A stretch of 64,000 nucleotides of DNA, from positions 1,455,418 to 1,519,417 of the forward strand of contig NC_057737.1 of the NCBI RefSeq assembly GCF_004010195.1. Direction: 5' to 3'. A program made the translations under genes and the position numbers. Source of the DNA: Chiloscyllium plagiosum (Eukaryota). Under the pieces are notes generated by a model, which saw only the letters and a list, made by a program, of their open reading frames with translations, did no database searches and was not told the DNA's origin. This document shows, one piece after another, positions 36,895 to 50,361 of the stretch. Every line of letters starts with the position of its first letter. Position 1 is the stretch's first letter.

Positions 36895-37827
36895 CTGAAC
36901 AGAAAGTGAGACAGAGAATTCAATCAGGAACAGCAAGAAAATGAAGATGAATCTGCACCAACAGAGCACATTACAATGATGCCAGGCTTATCGAAAGGCA
37001 TTTGGGAAATTAAGCAGTGACTTAATTTTAAGGCTTGAGCATCTTGGGAAGGGGATAAGGAAGCGAGGGATAAAGCAAAGAGTAGGAATTTAGGAGAGAG
37101 CTTCTGACTGCACTGGCATATGTGACAGATCCAACAGCAAGGACTTGAGAGGCAAGAGTCATCAAAGAGGTGGTGATAACCTGCAAGCCCTCAGCTGCGA
37201 AGGATTGGACACTCGAGGGTTTAGGTTTACCCAAGAGGACTATTTTACAAGTAGGGAAAGTGAATGGTCAGCACACTTATGAAAACTGAATTGAGGACAA
37301 GGTCTCAAAGAGAAGTCAGACTCCGAGAAATGCAAGGGAAACTCCAGCAAGGCGGGCTACGGTCACAGGCAAGGCTGGGCGGTCAGTGCTTTGCTGGATC
37401 GAGGGAAGAAGCTGAACGATGGGGTCAACCTTTAGTGGCAAAGTCCATGGGCTGCTTACACTTGGTGTAATATACAGATAAGCGGGGTTTAAGGAGATAG
37501 TTAGTTGGACTTGCTCATAGACTGCTAGCCATTCCTCTCTGTGGAACCAGTCACTAAGAGCGGTGTCGTAAACTAGAATGGACACTCAGTTATCCTTCCC
37601 TGCAATGGCTGAAACAGTCACTTTCAGGGGTTTGCACTCCCATGAAGAGTCATACCCCAGCAACAAGCTCAACAGGCAAATACAAATGGCCTGGGCCACT
37701 CACATTCCCATACAAAACAAAGTTTCTCACTTCACTCAAACCTTCACCTCATCCAAAACAACATTCAATCAGATGGAACTAAAAGCTTTTGAAAACAAGA
37801 TACTTCAGGAGAAAGGTGGGCACACAC

Positions 37828-37905
37828 AATTTGTGTCTCTCCATCAGTGATGACTCCTTGAGCTCGACAGCGTGTTGTGTGAACTTTGCTCGAAACAGGA
37901 AAGAC
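37828..37905 (-). CDS. ERAL1: ERAL1 exon (G2 TTR)
   Basis: [26 protein letters not shown], 78 nt. Confidence 0.95.
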
Positions 37906-38109
37906 CTACAACATAATAAGCAGAAAACATGAACAACAAGCAAACCAATTCAGGCACACGGTTCCAGCCAGCCAGCAAAGATAGGGTACAGTTCATATCC
38001 TGCTAAACATCACACTCACCTATTTAATTCTTAAACTATCTCAAGATATCTCCACCCCTCACTAACAAATGTTTGATTGTATTATTTTATTGAGAAATGT
38101 GTACATTTG

Positions 38110-38730
38110 ATTAGATTCCCTACAGTGTGGAAACAGGCCCTTCAGCCCAACCCAGTCCACACCAACCCTCCGAAGAGTAACCCACCCAGATCCATTTCCC
38201 CCTGACTAATGCACCTAATAATACAGGAATTTAGCACGGCCAATCCACCTGACCTGCACATCCTGTGGGAGGGAACCGGAGCACCCGGAGGAAACCCACA
38301 CAGACACGGGGAGAACGTGCAAACTCCACACAGACAGTCATCCGAGGCTGGAATCAAACCCAGGTCCCTGGTGCTGTGAGGCTGCAGTGCTATCCACTGA
38401 GCCACTGAGTCTCAATATTTCACAATATGCCACCAGGGTGACACAGTGGCTCAGTTGTTAGCACTGCTGCCTCGCAACACCAGGGACCCAGGTTTGATTC
38501 CAGCCTCGGCTGACTGTGCAGACTCCACACAGACATTCTCCTCATGTCTGCGTGGTTTCCTCCCACAATTCAAAGACGTGCAGGTTAGGTGAACTGACCG
38601 TGCTAAATTGCCCATAATGTTAGCCGCATTAGTCAAAGGGAGATGGGTCTGAGTGTGTTACTCTTCAGAGGGTCTATGTCGAATTGTTGGGCCAAAGGGC
38701 CTGTTTCCATACTATCGGGAATCTAATCTA
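38110..38730. mobile_element. Head-to-head pair of HE1-like V-SINEs (-, 38110-38408; +, ~38439-38730)
   Basis: Two SINE heads facing apart ~30 nt from each other; V-domains on opposite strands. Confidence 0.85.
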
Positions 38731-39101
38731 TATTCTAACACTTGCTGCCACTAGTTACATTGAGTGAAAGCTCAGAATCTTCCTCAGTGTCACCTGAGGG
38801 TGGGCAAGTAACAGGGACTTCAGTCCAAGGTCCAGTTACTCCTGTTCATTTACCACTGCCCCCATCCTGCCTTACTGAATTCTTCCCTGGTCTCCACTCT
38901 TCCTCTCCTCCTCCTTGCCATTCCACCGACAGGAACCTGTTTCAGCTGTAACATTTTCCAATCCTGATACAAGGTCATTGACCTGAAACATTAACTGTTT
39001 CATCCTTGTCTGACCTGCTAAATGTTACCAATATTTTCAGATAATATCCAGATCAAATCAAGAGCATCAAGTCTTCCTCTCAAACAGTAAGCTGTGATTA
39101 C

Positions 39102-39229
39102 CTTTCTGCGAAGCAGCTGGTTGGACAAGGTGGATTTCCCGGCATTTGGAGCCCCAATGATGGCGACTCGGAGCACACGGGGGTTTCCAGGCTGGTCTGG
39201 CTGAAGGAGCAGGAGATCATCCTGCTCAG
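39102..39229 (-). CDS. ERAL1: ERAL1 exon (G1 P-loop)
   Basis: (A)[42 protein letters not shown], 128 nt. Confidence 0.96.
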
Positions 39230-39394
39230 CTGTAGGACAGAAACACATCTTTAATCATTCAGAAAACTGAATCTTGTGAGCAGAGTGCCAGGCAGAGTCA
39301 AGAATGAATCACTGAAGAGAAATTGTTTAGGCCAATCTACAAAAGCTGCATCAGGCATTGCACCTCAATAGTCATACAGGCCTCAGAAAGGGTA

Positions 39395-42300
39395 CAGAGA
39401 ACATAGAACAGATCAGCACAGTATAGGCCCTTCGGCCCTTGATGTTGTGCCGGCCTTTTATCCTACTCTAAGATCAAACTAACCTACATAGCCTTCATTG
39501 TACTGTCTTCCATGCCCCTAATGTATCTGACTCTACCACCGCTGCTGGCAGGGCATTCCACACCACTCTGTGTAAAGACACTGCCTCTGCCATTTACCCG
39601 AAACCTTCCTCCAATCACCTTAAAATGCCCCCTTGGGATAGCCATTTCTGCCCTGGCAGGTGAAATGTGAGGAGGATGTTAGGAGATTACAGGGTGACCT
39701 GGACAGGTTAGGTGAGTGGTCAGATGCATGGCAGATGCAGTTTAATGTGGATAAATGTGTGGTTATCCACTTTGGTGGCAAGAACAGGAAGGCAGATTAC
39801 TACCTAAACAGAGTCAAGTTAGGTAAAAGGGAAGTATGAGATCTAGGTGTTCTTGTACATCAGTCACCAAGCATGCAGGTACAGCAGGTAGTGAAGAAGG
39901 CTAGTAGCATGCTGGCCTTCATAACAAGAGGGATTGAGTATAGAAGCAAAAAGGTTCTCCTGCAGCTGTACAGGGCCCTGGTCAGACCGCACCTGGAATA
40001 TTATGTGCTGTTTTGGTCTCCAAATTTGAGGAAGGACATTCTGGCTATTGAGGGAGTGCAGCGTAGGTTCACAAGGTCAATTCCCGGAATGACAGGACTA
40101 TCTTACGGTGAAAGACTGGAGCGACTGGGCTTGTATACGCTTGAGTTTAGAAGGCTGAGAGGGGATCCGATTGAGACGTACAAGATTATCAAAGGATTGA
40201 TCACTTGGAGGCAAGAAACATGTTTCTGCTGATGGGTGAGTCCTGAACCAGAGGACACAGTTTAAAAATAAGGGGTAGGCCATTTAGGACAGAGTTGAGG
40301 AGAAACTTCTTCACCCAGAGAGTGGTGGGTGTGTGGAATGCTCTGCCCCAGAAGGCAGTGGAGGCCCAGTCTCTGGATACTTTCAGGAAAGAGATGGATA
40401 GAGCTCTTAAGGATAGTGGAATCAAGAGTTATGGGGATAAGGCAGGAACATGATACTGATTGTGGATGATCAGCCATGATCATAATGAATGGTGGTGAGG
40501 CTTGAAGGGCCGAATGGCCTAGTCCTGCACCTGTTGTCTATAAAGTCTTTAGCTATCCACTCTATCTATGCCTCAACATCTTGTACACCTCCATCAAGTC
40601 ACCTCTCATCCTTCTTCACTCAAATGAGAAAAGCCTTAGCTCCCTCAACCTTTCTTCATAAGACATGCCCTCCAGTCCAGGCAGCATCCTGGTAAATCTC
40701 CTCTGCAACCGCTCTAAAGCTTTTACATCCTTCCAATAGTGATGCGACCAGAACTGAACACAATATTCCAAGTGTGGTCTAACCAGGGCTCTATAGAGCT
40801 GCAGCATAAACTCAATCCCCCTGCTCATGAAAGCCAGCACACCATATGCATTCTTAACAACCCAATCACCTTGGGTGGCAACTTTGAGGGAACCATAGAC
40901 ATGGACCCCAAGATCCCTCTGTTCCTCCATGCTGCCAAAGATCCTGCCTTTATCCCTGTATTGGGCATTCAAATTCGACCTTCTATAGTGAATCACTTCC
41001 CACTTTTCCAGGTTGAACTCCGTCTGCCACTTATCAGCCCAGTTCTGCATCCTGTCAATGTCCTGTTGCAACCCACAACAGCCATCCACCACACTATTTA
41101 CCACTCCACCAACCTTCCTGTCATCAGTAAACTTACTAACCCACTGTTCCATTTCTTCATTCAAGTCAATTATAAAAATCACAAGGAGCAGAGATCCCAG
41201 TACAGATCCCTGTGGAATACCACTGGTCACCAAGCTCCAGGCTGAATACTTTTCATCTACCACCACCCTCTGTCTTCTATAGGCCAGCCAATTTTCTATC
41301 TGGACAGCTATATCCCATGCCTCCTTACTTTGTGAATGAGCCTATCATGGGGAGCCTTATCAAATACCGTGCTAAAATCCATGTACATCACATCCACTGT
41401 TCTACCTTCAATGGGTTTTGTCACATCCTCAAAGAACTTAATAAGGCTTGTGAGGCATGACCTGCCCCTCAAAGCCATGCTGACTATCTCTAATCAAGCT
41501 ATGGTTTTCCAAGTACTCATAAACCCTGTCTCTCAGAATCCTTTCCAATAACTTGTCCACCAGTGACTTAAGGCTGATTGGTCTGTAGTTCCCAGGATTA
41601 TCCCTATTCCCTTTTGTGAACAAGAGAATATCACTTGCCACCCTCCAGTGGATAGTGAGGATGCAAAGATCATCGCCAAAGATGCAGCAATCTCTTCCTT
41701 TGCTTCCTTTAGTAATCTTGGGTAAATCCAATCTGGCCCAGGGGATGTATCTATCCTTATGTTTTTCAAAACTTTCAGCACATCCTCCTTCAGAACATCA
41801 ACCTGTTCTAGCATATTGGTCTGTTTCACACTGTTCTCACAAACTCCAAGGTCCCTCCCAGTAGTGAAAACTGAAGCAAACTATTCAGTAAGGACCTCCC
41901 CTACCTCCTCCGACTCCAGGCAGATGTTACTTCTGCTATCCCTGATTGGTCCAACCCTCACTCTGGCCATTCTCTTGTTTCTCATATAAGTGTTGAATGC
42001 CTTAAGAATTTTCTTAACCCTTTCTGCTAAAGCTTTTTCATGCTCCCTTCTAGCTCTCCTAAATCCATTCTTCAGTTCCTTCCTTGCTACCTTATAACCT
42101 TCTAGAGTCCTGTCTGATCCTTGCCTCCTCAACCTTCAGTGAGCTTCCTTCTTCCTCTTGGCTAGATGTTCCACATCCCTTGTCACCCCAGGTTCTTTCA
42201 CCCTACCATCCCTTCCTTGCCTCAGTGCGATAGACCTGTCCAGCACTATCAGCAAGTGCTCCCTAAACAACCTCCACATTTCTGTTGTGCATTGCCCTGA

Positions 42301-42410
42301 AAACATCTTGGGCGCCCCAGTTCCTGCCTAATAGCTTTGTAATATCCCCTTCCCCCAATTAATCACTTACCCATACTGTCTGCTCCTGTCGCTCTCCATT
42401 ACTGTAGTAA
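39395..42410 (-). mobile_element. Long CR1 LINE (-) interrupted by a nested CR1 (+, ~39657-40540)
   Basis: RT motifs GIPQGSVLG, KFTDD and [14 protein letters not shown] on -; an independent 3' CR1 segment on +. Confidence 0.9.
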
Positions 42411-42967
42411 GGGGGAGGGGAGGGTGCATTTAAGCCACAATTACACCAGGGGTGAGAAGGTTAAATTATGAAGACAAATTGGATTGAAGAAGCTTGAATT
42501 GTCCTGAGTTTAGAAGCGTTTAAGGTATAGACAGGCTGTGCATCACAGGATTTGGAGAAAAACCAGTTGAGGTACAGGTCAGTCATGACAAATATATTAC
42601 AGAACACGTTCTGTAGATGAATAACCTTCTTTGTTCCAAGATGCAAACATACACCAACACCACATACATCACTACTGTTAAAAATAACTCACTGGTAATG
42701 TGTAGACTCTTCAACTTCTCAAAATATTTCAACTTCTATTTCTTCCAATGAATACTTATACATAACATGATGCAGGGAAAGATGGTGAGGAAAATTGACA
42801 AGTGTTCCACTACAAGTCCAACTCCAGAGAGTCTTATATCCAGCATAAGGCGACTCATGTTGCAGTGCCAACTTTCTCATAACTGAGCTGTGTAATGATC
42901 TTGTCAAAGCAAGTTGATCATAATTATGTATAAATTGGCAATGGCAAGCAAACTAGTTTCAGACATG

Positions 42968-43181
42968 AGTCGAAGAGTGTGGTGCTGGAAAAGCACAGCT
43001 GGTCAGGCAGCATCAGAGCAGTAGAAGAATAGATGTTTCTAGCATAAGCCAGTCATCAGCAATGAAGGACTTAACGATTGAAACCTCGATTCTCCTGCTC
43101 CGCAGATGCTGCCCAACCGGCTGTGCGTTTTCAGCACCACTCTCAACTCTGATCTCCAGCATTTGTAGTCCTCACTTTTTC
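42968..43181. mobile_element. Short inverted Penelope-type element
   Basis: Self-complementary halves; 15-bp duplication CTAGTTTCAGACATG at 42953-42967 and 43182-43196. Confidence 0.75.
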
Positions 43182-43467
43182 CTAGTTTCAGACATGCCAC
43201 CATACCCTGATAGCAGTGTGCAAGAACAGGAAAACGTGCATCATACTGGTCTCAGTCTGTAATTTACTATACATTACTGTCTTTCCCATTCTTCAAAAGA
43301 TGGATTTGTACCAGGCCTTGGGAGTTTGCAGTCGTTTAAAAATTGTCAATCATGGTATACCCAACTTGACAAAAATTGCTTGTAGAAAACCATTTAGACG
43401 AGTATGTTAAAAAACTTACAGGTCATCCAACTTTAAAAAGAATCCCAGCACAAGTAACAGAGCTCAC

Positions 43468-43626
43468 CTTTACTCACAGCGACAGCAGGTGGGTATTCTC
43501 CAATGACACCCTCAGTTTCTTGTTTCGGAACACCATACATACTTCGTAAAGCCGAAGTACGGCTCTGGTGACTAGCAAGTGAGCGGGTGACTCTGGGAAG
43601 CCAGTCAGCTTGAAGAAATGCAAATG
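43468..43626 (-). CDS. ERAL1: ERAL1 most upstream visible coding exon (no start codon)
   Basis: TTAG|..FAFLQADWLPRVTRSLASHQSRTSALRSMYGVPKQETEGVIGEYPPAVAVSK|GTGAG; phase matches the next exon; resembles human SALDHFLG...PAVSMNR. Confidence 0.8.
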
Positions 43627-45519
43627 CTAAGAACCAAAAAAGCAGCAGACAATGTTACATAGAACAGCTCTAACAGTCAACCTTCGCACCTTTTTCCAAG
43701 TGCCTCCTGTTCACTTGCATATAACCTATTAATTTTCTAACTTTGAATTTTGATCAAAGTTAACTCACTTGACATGAACAGTTCTTTTTCTCTGCATGGA
43801 TGTTGTTGACCTGAGTACTTGCAGTATTTTGTGTTCTTTTGTCAAAACAACATGATACTGGATTAACAACAAAAGGCTGCAAACAAAATCATCTGGCAGC
43901 CACGACAACTTCCTCCATTGTTAACCCATGTTCATATTATCTCAGCACATGGTGTAGATTAACCACTCATCTATAAAACTTCCACTTCAGTTCCCCATAC
44001 ATGCTTTCAAATAGAATTATAGAAATTCTGCATCTTGCTAGAAAGGAGATCAGTCAATGCATTCGATGCTCCATTGGTCCTCTCTGATATTACTGAAGCC
44101 CCATTGCACTGATTGTTTAATTAAATACATAGCTTCTTCTATAAGTCACAGCTTTTTTCAGGCCTGTTTCATTGTAGACATCACCCAATAAAGCACCTCA
44201 AAACTGGAAACAACATTTAAATCAGGTGAATGCAACATAATTTAGTCCAATAGACTTTACTTTGGGAATCTCTCAACCCCAAAAAAATGACCAGTGATCA
44301 TATTCACAACTTATTTTAAATAACAGTTGATTTTTAAAAAGTATATATATTACTTAAAACTACCTGTTCATAATCTTCATCCAAGTCATGTTCATCTTTG
44401 GGATAATGCCTTGAATTAATTTATAATTTGAGAGTGTAAATTTATCATTTTGGCTTTAAAAATCTGATTGTGAAAAATAAATAACTCCAGTCGCTGCTGA
44501 AATGGGTGTGAATCTTATGAAGGCCATGTGATTAGGTCATGACAAAAAATTTCATAATGTCTAATGAAGACAGATTACAAACAAGAGTGCCAGCATTTAT
44601 TTTTAATAATGATGACAGCAAACAAGGTGCTTCAACCAAATGCTGATTACCTCCTAAAAAAGAACCAAACTTTACATTGCGAAATTGCATGTAGCTCATA
44701 AGCACAGTTGCAATTTACAGTTATAGGATATAAAACAGTAGCAGGACAGTGATAATTCTGGGGTAGCAGTGTTGTTGCTGAGGGAGAAAAAGTGGCCATG
44801 GACTGCGAGTTATGTTTTGGGTGTCATGAAATTTTCCAATACTTGAGCCACAAGCAGCAAGTTGCCAGTTTATCCTCTCGTCTGAATGACTCTTCATGAC
44901 GATACGTTCACAATCCTATCCCGCAGTCTGAGTGTAGTCCTGGACTACACAATAAATACCAGCCTGAACATGGAAATGCACCCAATGAATAAGAAAAACT
45001 ACAAGGGTGATTGAGAATTATTACTGAATCTCTGAAATTCCCGCCCCAAAGCTTTTCCCTGATCTTTAAACCTTTCTGATCAAATATCTGGTCACCTGTT
45101 CTCTCCACAGATGCTGCTATGCCTGCCATGTATCTCCAGCATTTGCTGCATATTATACCCAATATTTTTTATCCTGGTGTCAACTTACTTGTCGAATTAA
45201 AGTCACATGAAGAACCTTGGGATGTTATCCCAGGTAATGGATGCTGTATAATTGCAAATTATTGGTTACTGAATACGGGTTAGCTTAGTAAATATGCAGG
45301 GACCATACGAAAGCAGAACAGGAGTAGGTTTTTCAGCCTCAAGCCTGCTCCACTCACCAATCGGATCATGACTGATCCAACACTCTTCTTGTCCACTTTT
45401 CTGCCCTTGCCCCCTAACCCTTAATTTTCTGGCTGATCAAGCACCTAGCTCACCTTTAAATATATACAAGGACTCTGCCCCCACAGCTCTCTGTGGCAAT
45501 GAGTTCCAAAGACACACAA

Positions 45520-48500
45520 CAGGGCATGGTTAGGAACATGGGACTGGGATATCATAGCAATTACACAAACATGGCTAAGGGATGGACAGGACTAGCAGCT
45601 TAATGATTCAGGATACAAATGCTACAGGAAGGACAGAAAGGGAGGCAAGACATTTTTGATAAGGAATAGCATTACAGCTGTACTGAAGAAGGATATTCCC
45701 GGAAACACATCCAGGGAAGTTATTTGGGTGGAACTGAGAAACAAGAAAGGGTTGATCACCTTGTTGGGATTGTATTATAGACTCCCTAATAGTCAGAGGG
45801 AAATTGAGAAACAAATTTGTAAGATCTCAGTTATCTCTAAGAATAATAGGGTAGTTACGGTAGCGGATTTTAACTTTCCAAACATAGACTGGGACTGCCA
45901 TAGTGTTCAGGGTTTAGATGAAGAGGAATTTGTTAAGAGTTTACAAGAAACTTTTCTGATTCAGTATGTGGATGTACCTACTAGAGAAGGTGCAAAACTT
46001 GACCTACTCTTGGGAAATAAGGCAGGGCAGGTGACAGAGGTGTCAGTGGGGGAGCACTTTGGGGCCAGCGACCATAACTCTATTAGATTTAAAATAGTGA
46101 TGGAAAAGGATAGACCAGATCTAAAAGTTGAAGTTCTAAATTGGGAAGGCGAATTTTGACAGTATTAGGCAAGAACGTTCAAAAACTGATTGGGGGGCAG
46201 ATGTTCGCAGGTAAAGGGATGGCTGGAAAATGGGAAGCCTTCAGAAACGAGATAACGAGAGTCCAGAGAAAGTATATTTCTGTCAGGGTGAAAGGGAAGG
46301 CTGGTAGGTATAGGGAATGCTGGATGATGAGAGAAATTAAGGGTTTGGTTAAGAAAAAGAAGGAAGTATATGTCAGGTATAGACAGGATAGATCGAGTGA
46401 ATCCATAGAAGATATAAAAGCAGTAGGAGTATACTTAAGAGAAAAGTCAGGAGGGCAAAAAGGGAACATGAGATAGCTTTGGTAAATAAAGTTAAGGAGA
46501 ATCCAAAGGGTTTTTACAAATACATTAAGGACAAAAGGGTAACTAGGGAGAGAATAGCGCCCCTCAAAGATCAACAAGTCGGCCTTTGTATGGAGCCGCA
46601 GGAGTTGGGGGAGATACAAAACGAGTATTTTGCATTAGAATTTACTGTGGAAAAAGACATGGAAGATATAGACTGTAGGGAAATAGATCTTGAAAAATGT
46701 CCAGATTACAGAGGAGGAAGTGCTGGATGTCTTGAAACACATAAAAGTGGATAAATCCCCAGGATCTGATCAGGTGTACCCTAGAACTCTGGAAAGCTAG
46801 GGAAGTGATTGCTGGGCCTCTTACTGAGATATTTGCATCACCGATAGCCACAGGTGAGGTGCCGGAAGACGGGAGGTTGGCTAATGTGGTGCGCCACTGT
46901 TTAAGAAGGGTGGTAAGGGCAAGCCAGGGAACTATAGACAAGTGAGCCTGACGTTGGTGGTGGGCAAGTTGTTGGAGGGAATCCTGACGGACAGGGTGTA
47001 CATGTATTTGGAAAGGCAAGGACTGATTAGGGATAGTCAGCATGGCTTTGTGCGTGGGAAATCATGTCTTACAAACATGAGTTTTTTTGAAGAAGTAACA
47101 AAGAGGATTGATGAGGGCAGTGAGGTAGATGTGATCCATATGGACTTCAGTAAGGCGTTCGACAAGGTTCCCCATGGGAGACTGGTTAGATTAGATTCCC
47201 TACAGTATGGAAACAGGCCCTTTGGCCCAACCAGTCCACATTGACAGTATGGAAACAGGCCCTTTGGCCCAACCAGTCCACATTGACTCTCCGAAGAGTA
47301 ACCCACCCAGTCCCGTTTCCCTCTGACTAATGCACCTAACACTATGGGCAATTTAGCATGGACAATTCACCGAACCTGCACATCTTTGGACTGTGGGAGG
47401 AAAATGGAGCACCCGGAAGAAACCCACACAGACACAGGGAGAATGTGCAAACTCCACACAGACAGTCACCCGAGGCTGGAATCGAACCTAGGACACTGGT
47501 GCTATGAGGCAGCAGCGCTAACCACTGAGCTAACTGTACCGCCAAGGTTACATCTCATAGAATACAGGGAGAACTAGCCATTTGGATACAAAACTGGCTC
47601 AACTGTAGAAGACAGGGGGTGGTGCTGGAGGGTTGTTTTTCAGACTGGAGGCCTGTGGCCCATGGAGTCCGACAAAGATTGGTGCCAGGTCCACTATTTT
47701 TTGTCATTTATATAAATGATTTGGATGTGAGCATAAGAAGTTTGCAGATGACACCAAAATTGGAGGTGTAGTGGACAGTGAAGGAGGTTACTTCAGATTG
47801 CATCAGGATCTTGATCAGATTGGCCAATGGGCTAAGGAGTGGCAGATGGACTTAAATTTAGATAAATGTGAGGTGCTGCATTTTGGGAAAGCAAATCTTA
47901 GCAGGACTTATACACTTAATGATAAGGTCTGAGGGAGTGTTGCTAAACAAAGAGACCTCGGAGTGCAGGTTCATCGCGCATTGAAAGTGGAGTCGCAGGT
48001 AGATAGGATAGTGAAGGCGGCGTTTGGTATGCTTTCCTTTATTGGTCAGAGTATTGCGTACAGGAGTTGGGAGGTCATGTTGCGGCTGTACAGGACATTG
48101 GTTAGGCCACTGTTGGAATATTGCGTGCAATTCTGGTGTCCTTTCTATCGGAAAGACATTGTGAAACTTGAAAGGTTCGAAGTTTGAGAGAAGATTTGTA
48201 GCTCGGGTGCTCGTTGTTGTGGTTCTGTTCGCCGAGCTGGGAATTTGTGTTGCAGACGTTTCGTCCCCTGTCTCGGTGACATCCGGAAGCGGCAGATTCA
48301 AACCACTACAAATGCTGGAGGAAAGATCACAGAAGCGCTTCACAGGAGGCTCCCAAGCTGAGGATGTCATCTAGAGCCCAGAACTAGAGGGCAGAGGTTT
48401 AGGGCGAGAGGGGAAAAATATAAAACAGACCTATGGGGCAACTTTTTCATAGAGTGTAGTTAGGGTATGGAATGAGCTGCTAGAGGAAGCGGCGGAGGCT

Positions 48501-48660
48501 AGTACAATCATACTTGGATGGGTATATGAATAGGGAGGTTTTAGAGGGATATGGGCCAGGTGCTGTAAGGTGGGACTGGATTGGGTTGGGATATCTGGTT
48601 AGCATGAATGAGTTGGACCGAAGGGTCTGTTTCTGTGCTGTACATCTCTATGACTCTATA
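45520..48660 (+). mobile_element. ~3-kb CR1 LINE ORF2 remnant (APE endonuclease + RT) with nested V-SINE (-, ~47185-47545) and a Penelope fragment (~48175-48376)
   Basis: [49 protein letters not shown] motifs with frameshifts. Confidence 0.92.
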
Positions 48661-48894
48661 CTCATCTCAGTACTGAACTGGCACACCTTTATCCTGAGAT
48701 GATGCCCTCTGGCCTCATTCTACCCCAGGAGGGGGAACATCCTCTCAGCACTGACCCAGTCAAGCACCTTCAGAATCCGACATGTTTCAATGAAGTTACC
48801 TCTCATTCTTCTAAACTCCAGTCAGTAGAATCACAACCGGTTTAGATTTTGCTCACAAAACAATTCCTCCATAACAGGGTTTGGAGATGCCGGT

Positions 48895-49100
48895 GTAACA
48901 GCACACCAGTCAGCACCTTCAAACTCCAGCATCCCCTGGGTAACAGCACACCATTCAGCACCATTAAACTCCAGCACCCCCTGGGTAACAGCACACCATT
49001 CAGCACCATCAAACTCCAGCATCCCCTGGGTAACAGCACACCATTCAGCACCTTCAAACACCAGCATCCCCTGGGTAACAGCACACCAGTCAGCACCTTC
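48895..49100. repeat. 45-bp tandem repeat, ~4.5 copies
   Basis: GTAACAGCACACCA(G/T)TCAGCACC(T/A)TCAAACTCCAGCATCCCCTGG repeated. Confidence 0.9.
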
Positions 49101-49398
49101 TCCAAGCCATGTGTTATCTTGTAAGTTTCTATTTGTAAGTTTCTTGTAAGTTATCTTTTAAGTTTCTATTTGATCTCCCCTTAACCTTCTAACCTCCAAT
49201 GAACGCCCCTGAGCGTTCACGCTGTTTCAGAGCAAATCTCTGACTGGCTACACGCCTGCTCGTTCATTTAGTTTCACCCGTGAGTTTTAGTAGAAATCAC
49301 TTCTCTGAAATAAAGCAAGTAACTGTAGTACTATCAGCAACACTGTGGTGTGGACGGGCCGGTGCTGGACTGGGGTGGACAAAGTTAAAAATCACACA

Positions 49399-49898
49399 NN
49401 NNNNNNNNNNNNNNNNNNNNNNNNNNNNNNNNNNNNNNNNNNNNNNNNNNNNNNNNNNNNNNNNNNNNNNNNNNNNNNNNNNNNNNNNNNNNNNNNNNNN
49501 NNNNNNNNNNNNNNNNNNNNNNNNNNNNNNNNNNNNNNNNNNNNNNNNNNNNNNNNNNNNNNNNNNNNNNNNNNNNNNNNNNNNNNNNNNNNNNNNNNNN
49601 NNNNNNNNNNNNNNNNNNNNNNNNNNNNNNNNNNNNNNNNNNNNNNNNNNNNNNNNNNNNNNNNNNNNNNNNNNNNNNNNNNNNNNNNNNNNNNNNNNNN
49701 NNNNNNNNNNNNNNNNNNNNNNNNNNNNNNNNNNNNNNNNNNNNNNNNNNNNNNNNNNNNNNNNNNNNNNNNNNNNNNNNNNNNNNNNNNNNNNNNNNNN
49801 NNNNNNNNNNNNNNNNNNNNNNNNNNNNNNNNNNNNNNNNNNNNNNNNNNNNNNNNNNNNNNNNNNNNNNNNNNNNNNNNNNNNNNNNNNNNNNNNNN
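49399..49898. other. Assembly gap, exactly 500 N
   Basis: N run; the 5' ends of both ERAL1 and the TRPV gene point into it. Confidence 0.95.
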
Positions 49899-50202
49899 TG
49901 TGTGTGTGAGAGAGACAGAGGGAGGGGGTGAGTGTGTGCGCGTGTGCATTTAAGAGGATGTTTGCCTTTGTCCAGTCCAGTCCAACACCAGCGCCTCCAC
50001 ATCATTCCTTTCACATGACTCTGTACTTGATTTGACAATTTCTTTCTTTCAGTTCCTCCAGTCCTGTAAGGTTAGCAGATAAAGCCTGCCCATCCGAGGT
50101 CGAAGATGTCTTGTTGCCCTCAGGTCACTCCTTGGTTTATGGTTTAACACAGCTCCTGTACTGTGAAGTCTGATTTGTTTTCCCTCTCTCCACTGCATTT
50201 AG

Positions 50203-50361
50203 AACAGGCACCTACTGCTCTCTGTGGAACCCCTGAACACTCTTCTTGAGCAGAAATGGGAGAAATTTGCAGTCTATATGTTCGCTATCAACTTCCTCCT
50301 GTATCTGTCTTATGTCATCACTTTCACTGCTGTTTATTACGACTGGTCTCATGCAAACAAG
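50203..50361 (+). CDS. TRPV3: TRPV3-like channel exon (pre-S1, S1)
   Basis: NRHLLLSVEPLNTLLEQKWEKFA..FAINFLLYLSYVITFTAVYY..., 159 nt, AG/GT bounded. Confidence 0.88.

Noticed and set aside
44350-44410. Possible ERAL1 first exon (ATG-rich stretch ending AG|GT on the minus strand)
   Set aside because: The open frames give the wrong splice phase for the 43626 acceptor, and there is no mitochondrial-targeting character.
45520-48660. Active autonomous LINE or domesticated RT gene
   Set aside because: Multiple frameshifts, stops and nested insertions.
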